Source: Halomicronema hongdechloris C2206 (GTDB lineage Bacteria; Cyanobacteriota; Cyanobacteriia; Phormidesmidales; Phormidesmidaceae). Taken from it: 32,000 nucleotides of DNA. Position 1 is the stretch's first letter, and each line of letters begins with the position of its first letter. The stretch covers positions 1,530,001-1,562,000 of the forward strand of contig NZ_CP021983.2 in NCBI RefSeq assembly GCF_002075285.3, given 5' to 3'. A model generated the notes under the pieces. It had not been told where the DNA came from. It made no database searches and saw only the letters and a program-made list of their open reading frames with translations. The translations under genes were made by a program, and so were the position numbers. Below are positions 27,599 to 32,000 of the stretch, piece after piece.

Positions 27599-28477
27599 TC
27601 AAAACGAGATAGCTGGAGAGCGCGAGGCTAAAAAGGATTGAAACCGACTTACTATTTCGGATCTTTGCTCAGACCTCCAAACAAGACCTACTTTACGGCT
27701 CAAATGAAGGTCTGAGAGGTGCAAATATTTTATGATGCTGCCAACTTGCTTTTGACATGGCATTATTGCCAAACCAATTCCTGCAGCAACAAGGGCCTTA
27801 GTCCATTCGTCAGAAGGCGACTGATAAATAATTTTAGGACAAATATTTTTGGATGCGAATAATTCCTGCAACTGATTTCGAATTTCGCATTCACTCCGGT
27901 CGATATAAGAATAATTATTCAGGACTTCTAAAGATACTGATTTTCTCTCTGCTAGAGGATGATCTTTGGCAACTGCAAGTAAATACTCTTCTTGAAAAAG
28001 GGTAGACGACGAGCTTTTTATTTCATTATCTTGTAAGACACAGATAATAAGATCAATTTCTCCTTTATCTAGCAAACTCTTTAGCTTTGGCACGCTGCTA
28101 TCGTTCAGTTGCTCTATTTTTACGCCTGGATTAAATTTGATAAATTCACTAATCAACTCAGTTAAATAAGTCACGGATATCGTGTCAAAAATACCTATTC
28201 TAAGTAGATTGTAACTTTCGCATTCTTTCTTTATCTCTTGCCTGGCTGATTCATATTCCCTGATAATAGTTTTAGCTTTGTTTAGAAAAAGCTTTCCTGC
28301 CTGAGTTAGAAGAACACGTTTCTTCCCTCGTTCAAAGAGCCTTACTCCAAACTCTTCCTCTAGCTTTTTAATACCTACTGATAATGAGGGTTGAGTGATA
28401 AATAGGCATTCTGCTGCTTTTGTAAAACTCCCCGTTTCAGCCACAGTGATGAAATACTTGAGTCGTTCTGGGTTCAT
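27599..28477 (-). CDS. LysR-family transcriptional regulator
   Basis: 292 aa. N-terminal wHTH (LKYFITVAETGSFTKAAECLFITQPSLSVGIKKLEEEFGVRLFER) followed by a LysR substrate-binding fold. Very low G+C: my count on one 60-nt line, 28021-28080, is 17/60. Confidence 0.9.
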   Translation of the reverse strand: MNPERLKYFITVAETGSFTKAAECLFITQPSLSVGIKKLEEEFGVRLFERGKKRVLLTQAGKLFLNKAKTIIREYESARQEIKKECESYNLLRIGIFDTISVTYLTELISEFIKFNPGVKIEQLNDSSVPKLKSLLDKGEIDLIICVLQDNEIKSSSSTLFQEEYLLAVAKDHPLAERKSVSLEVLNNYSYIDRSECEIRNQLQELFASKNICPKIIYQSPSDEWTKALVAAGIGLAIMPCQKQVGSIIKYLHLSDLHLSRKVGLVWRSEQRSEIVSRFQSFLASRSPAISF

Positions 28478-28737
28478 ATCTCTTTCCTCTCATAATCTAT
28501 TTCATTTCTAAGGGAGTTGTAGACAGATGACTCAGCTGATGAGGTAAGTGACCGAAAACCTGGCAATGCAAGTGATCGCGCAACCTCAAGATTTTCTTCG
28601 CAAGCAGACTCTAAATTTCAACAGATAAGATGTTACTCCGTAAGGACCCACATGGAAGCGGTATGGATTTGTTGCCATTTAGTGATGAGCTCCCCTGTTA
28701 AGGGCGAGAAATTGAGCGATCGCCCCTTGGGCTAGAA

Positions 28738-29199
28738 TTAAGATGTAGAATTGGAGTAATCATTGATAATTTCCCAAACCACCTCAATTCCTGTAACAAA
28801 TTGCCATCCAAACAGCACAGTGATAGTAAGGGCGATTGCAATATGTGTGTAGCGTGCCCATTCTTTGCCTCGTTGCATCAGAGGTGCTAATGCCGCTGCA
28901 TTTGCCATTAGCACTGTCATTCCTAAGCCAACGAGGGTATGGGGAACCACATACAACTTGCCACTGTTAAGGTATTCGATACCCAGGACACCGATACTGC
29001 CAGTTGTCATTAATGCCAAGAGTAAAGCTCCGAGTTGGTAGTGTCTTTGTCCGAATTTCTGTTTGACCAACGCTTTTTTCAGCTCGCCAGTTGCAGTCCG
29101 GGTACGCCGAACTTGAATCCCCAAATAGAGGGCATAGAGTGTGAAAACAAACACGACCCACATCCAAGCGGGATGGATTGCATAGAGCCAGTAGTTCAT
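28738..29199 (-). CDS. DUF4079-family integral membrane protein
   Basis: 153 aa with four hydrophobic helices. The N-terminus HPAWMWVVFVFTLYALYLGIQVRRTR and the later HYQLGALLL / PHTLVGL histidines resemble the cyanobacterial/plant DUF4079 family. Confidence 0.65.
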   Translation of the reverse strand: MNYWLYAIHPAWMWVVFVFTLYALYLGIQVRRTRTATGELKKALVKQKFGQRHYQLGALLLALMTTGSIGVLGIEYLNSGKLYVVPHTLVGLGMTVLMANAAALAPLMQRGKEWARYTHIAIALTITVLFGWQFVTGIEVVWEIINDYSNSTS

Positions 29200-29421
29200 A
29201 GTAGGGTCTCGTTTACTCGGAAAATGAAAGCTATACTGTTCCAGATTCTACTGTCCACTCTGATCCTCCAGAATTACTATTCACGGCTCTCCTGGTTTTA
29301 GGGTGAGAGAGGTTCAGTAAGGATACAAAAATCTTGCTGTTGAAATATTGAAAGGCTTGCTGTGAAAGGCTTTCAGGATTGATCCGTTGTACTCGTCACC
29401 ATGGATCCAAGAGAGCCCTAT

Positions 29422-30042
29422 TCACCAGCTTGAAATGAGAGCCTGAATCGCTGTTTGCGCAGCTGTCAGTGATTGCTGTCGGGCTTCATCTCCCATTGTC
29501 AAATTCTCAGCGTGGATAAAGGTGATATCAGTAATCCCAATGAACCCAAAGATTGCCCGCAGGTAGGGTTCTTGAAAATCGAGATGTGCTGTTGGCGTGC
29601 TAGCCGAGTAACTGCCACCTCGTGCTGTAATCACCAGCATTTTCTTATCTTTTACTAAACCTTTCTCGCCATCTGCCCCCATCGCAAATGTCCGTTGAAC
29701 ACGTACAATCTGGTCAATGTAGGCTTTGAGATTTGCTGGAACGCTAAAGTTGTACATTGGAACGCCAAAAACATAGCGATCGGCAGCTAATAATTCGTCA
29801 ATCAGCTCATCTGAAATCGTCAAGGCAGTGGCTAGATGGGGAGAGATCTTGTCTGACGAACTGAATGCAGCAGCAATCCAAGCTTCGTCAACAGGTGGAA
29901 CTGGATATTGTCCAATATCTCGATACGTTACTGTGTCGTTGGGGTGCTGCTGTTCCCAAGCAGTAATAAATTCTTTGGTGAGGGAGCGAGAAACCGAACG
30001 CTCCACGCGTGGACTGAAATCCACATAAAGGATATGTGTCAT
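29422..30042 (-). CDS. azoR: FMN-dependent NADH-azoreductase / quinone reductase (AzoR/AcpD family)
   Basis: 206 aa. ILYVDFSPRVERSVSRSLTKEFI, YVFGVPMYNFSVPANLKAYIDQIVR and VITARGG are the flavodoxin-like AzoR blocks. Confidence 0.82.
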   Translation of the reverse strand: MTHILYVDFSPRVERSVSRSLTKEFITAWEQQHPNDTVTYRDIGQYPVPPVDEAWIAAAFSSSDKISPHLATALTISDELIDELLAADRYVFGVPMYNFSVPANLKAYIDQIVRVQRTFAMGADGEKGLVKDKKMLVITARGGSYSASTPTAHLDFQEPYLRAIFGFIGITDITFIHAENLTMGDEARQQSLTAAQTAIQALISSW

Positions 30043-30204
30043 TTTAATGATGGGTAGTTTAATTCAACTCAATGACGCGATCGCACTAGCGCAACCGTAA
30101 GAATGGCACTAACGATTACAACCCTACGTCTTCTCATATCTCAGTATCCAGAAGAGTTTGATGCGGTTATTGCAAAGTCTTCTGTTTTTTCAGCAAATTC
30201 TTAC

Positions 30205-30212
30205 TGATTTTT
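30205..30212. repeat. Left copy of the 8-bp target-site duplication TGATTTTT of the IS66-family element
   Basis: Identical octamer at 31791-31798; both lie immediately outside the inverted repeats. Confidence 0.8.
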
Positions 30213-31790
30213 GTAATTAGTCACCGCAACAAGACGAGGCTATTGCGAATAAGGCAAAAGTCTGTAGAGTAAGGGATATGACGATACACCCCTCCTCAGA
30301 ATTGAACCGCTCGGAGATCGACCCTGAAGAACAGGGGGCGAGGTATTGGTACGAGCGCTATTGCGAGCAACGAGCAGAGACCGAACGCCTTAAGGAACGG
30401 GTGAAAGCGTTAGAGGAGCAATTTGAGCGTCTCAATGAGAAACTTAGGAAGCTGAGTGAACGAACCAGTGAGACGAGTTCACAGCCACCGTCTTCAGATG
30501 GCCCCAAGAAACCGAACCGGGACCCGCAAAAGCCCCAACGAAAACGAGGCCCCAAATACAACCACCCTGGCAAGACCCGCAATGGCTTTGGCTAGATTAA
30601 CCACGCCGAGTTGCTCGAGGTGCAACGCTGTCCGATTTGCGGGGGTAGCGTGGAGCGCCAACTCCAGGGAACCAAACGACAGCAAGTCGCCGAACTGGTG
30701 CCGGATCTCGTCGAGGTTTGGGAGTACGAGCGCCCCTTGTATCGGTGTCCGGCCTGCAGGTGGCAGGGCTATCAGGACTTGCCGCTGGGGTGCCGAGAAG
30801 GGTTTAGCTATGGTGGACGGCTGAGTAGTGTAGTGGGCTGGTTGGGGTATGGGGGCACCCTATCCTGGTCAAAACAGCGTTATGTCGTCGAGAGCATCTT
30901 CGGGATTCCGATGTCTCAGGGGAGCTTAGCCAAACTCCATCAGTGGTTTTGTGAGGCTCTGCAACCCGCGTACGAGCAGTGGTGGAGTTGGATTCAACAG
31001 CCTGGCGTGCGCTGTGTTGATGAGACCAGCTATCGCTTAAATGGCGTGAATCATTGGATTTGGATCGCCACCGCCCCGGAGTGCTGTGTGCTGTTCTTTG
31101 CCCCCACCCGGAGCTCAGCCGAGGTCAAGACCCTCTTGGGAGAGGACTTCTCAGGGGTCCTCAGCAGCGACTGCTGGTCGGCCTATGGACCGCAATCGGC
31201 AGTTGCCAAGCAGAAGTGTTGGGCGCACCTGGAAGGGGAACTCAAGGCGTTAGCCACCTCTCGCTTCTCAGAAAATCGGGAGTTTGCCCACCGCGTCTTC
31301 CCCATTATCCACACCGCTCGGCAAGCCCACCGGGACTACCATCAGGGGCGGCTAGTCGGGCTGAACTTCAAGCCCTCAGGCCCATTGTTGAAGCAGAATT
31401 AGCCGATGTGCTGGAGCATCCGCTTAAGGGGCGTTGGGCGGCTGATGCCCAAACATTGGCCAATCGATTTGGCAGACATTGGTCAGATTGGTTTACCTTT
31501 CTCTCCCAGCCTGAGGTAGACCCAGACAACAATGACGCAGAACGCGGTCTGCGGCCTGTAGTGATTCATCGCAAAGTCACCAGCGGTGCCCGCAGTGATT
31601 GGGGCGCTCAGCTTGTGGCCATGATGTTCAGTTTTCTCGAATCGATGCGCCGTCAAGGTGAAAATGCCGTAGACCGACTCTTTGAGCTCATCGCCTCGTC
31701 GGGATGCTCACCTCCCGCTTTGTTACCAGGGTAAGTCTACAGCGTCAGAGGCTGTCTCATTAAGCCTCTACTATTGCGGTGACTAGTTAT
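30213..31790 (+). mobile_element. IS66-family insertion sequence (single-ORF, ISBst12-like size, 1578 bp) with intact ends but an inactivated transposase
   Basis: IRL at 30213-30229 is GTAATTAGTCACCGCAA. The reverse complement of 31774-31790 is ATAACTAGTCACCGCAA (15/17), extending imperfectly to ~28 bp. An 8-bp TSD flanks both ends, and the internal ORFs are IS66-type. Confidence 0.85.
30278..31734 (+). pseudogene. IS66-family transposase, disrupted by one in-frame TAG (30593-30595) and one frameshift (~31340-31350)
   Basis: Three track ORFs join into one ~485-aa protein. The first has a leucine-zipper N-terminus with SSQPPSSDGPKK...KRGPKYNHPGKTR. The second has the zinc finger CPICGG...CPACR and the DDE core (VDETSYRLNG...SDCWSAY...QKCWAHL). 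The third is the C-terminal DNNDAERGLRPVVIHRKVTSG. Confidence 0.85.
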
Positions 31791-32000
31791 TGATTTTTTT
31801 GAAATGCTTTAGGTGTTACTCCGACTAATCGCTTGAAATGGTAATTCAAATGGCTTTGGTGAGAAAATCCAAGGTTATGGGCAATATCTGCAATTGCCAC
31901 TTCATGATCCCGTAACAGTTGCTTGGCGCAGTTGATTTTGCATTGAATAATATATCTATGAGGCGAAATTCCCATTGCTTGTTTAAACAAGGTGGCGAAA
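31787..32000 (-). CDS. AraC/XylS-family transcriptional regulator, C-terminal HTH part (5' end outside the window)
   Basis: ...FATLFKQAMGISPHRYIIQCKINCAKQLLRDHEVAIADIAHNLGFSHQSHLNYHFKRLVGVTPKAFQKNQ is the double-HTH AraC signature. The frame stays open to the window edge. The stop codon lies inside the IS66 terminus. Confidence 0.85.
   Translation of the reverse strand, partial: FATLFKQAMGISPHRYIIQCKINCAKQLLRDHEVAIADIAHNLGFSHQSHLNYHFKRLVGVTPKAFQKNQ
31791..31798. repeat. Right copy of the 8-bp target-site duplication TGATTTTT
   Basis: Identical to 30205-30212. Confidence 0.8.

Noticed and set aside
1-32000. CRISPR arrays, tRNA/rRNA genes, retron- or DGR-like repeats, toxin-antitoxin pairs
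   Set aside because: Scanning by eye found no regularly spaced direct repeats of 25-40 bp, no T-loop/acceptor-like tRNA signatures (GGTTCGAATCC-type), no rRNA-like stretches and no adjacent small ORF pairs with TA-like features. A proper tRNAscan, Infernal or CRISPR-finder run could still reveal something I missed.

Overview
Cyanobacterial chromosomal DNA. I counted at least 13 copies of the HIP1 octamer GCGATCGC, and several genes are typical of cyanobacteria: a Hik33/NblS-like kinase, DUF2358, DUF4079 and a PspA/Vipp1-family protein. The middle of the window (~1.85-23.9 kb) is ordinary higher-G+C core. It encodes a NarL-type response regulator, DAHP synthase, a multi-PAS class III adenylate cyclase, purD, the Hik33-like kinase, a zinc-ribbon protein, a REC-GGDEF regulator, ldhA, a large GH13-like hydrolase, two small SD-preceded genes ending in a strong terminator, msrB, a SPOR protein, a PspA-family protein and a VOC protein. 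Both ends are lower-G+C accessory DNA. The left end carries a partial alkaline-phosphatase-family gene and an HpsE-like GT2 glycosyltransferase fused to a partly degenerate EAL domain, with a compositional break inside that ORF. The right end (23.9-32 kb) is an island that begins exactly where an FbaB-type class I aldolase gene is cut off after ~85 codons. The island carries a cytochrome P450, a badly decayed acyl-CoA ligase, a nested heap of IS630/ISL3/IS1 fragments, LysR, DUF4079 and azoR. It also holds an IS66-family element with complete ends (inverted repeats plus 8-bp target duplication) but a broken transposase, inserted at the stop codon of an AraC-type gene. I recognised no rRNA, tRNA or CRISPR array. 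I found no convincing new defence-type system. The most unusual item is the GT2-EAL chimera. The rest of the accessory DNA reads as mobile-element wreckage around a small redox/detoxification gene set.
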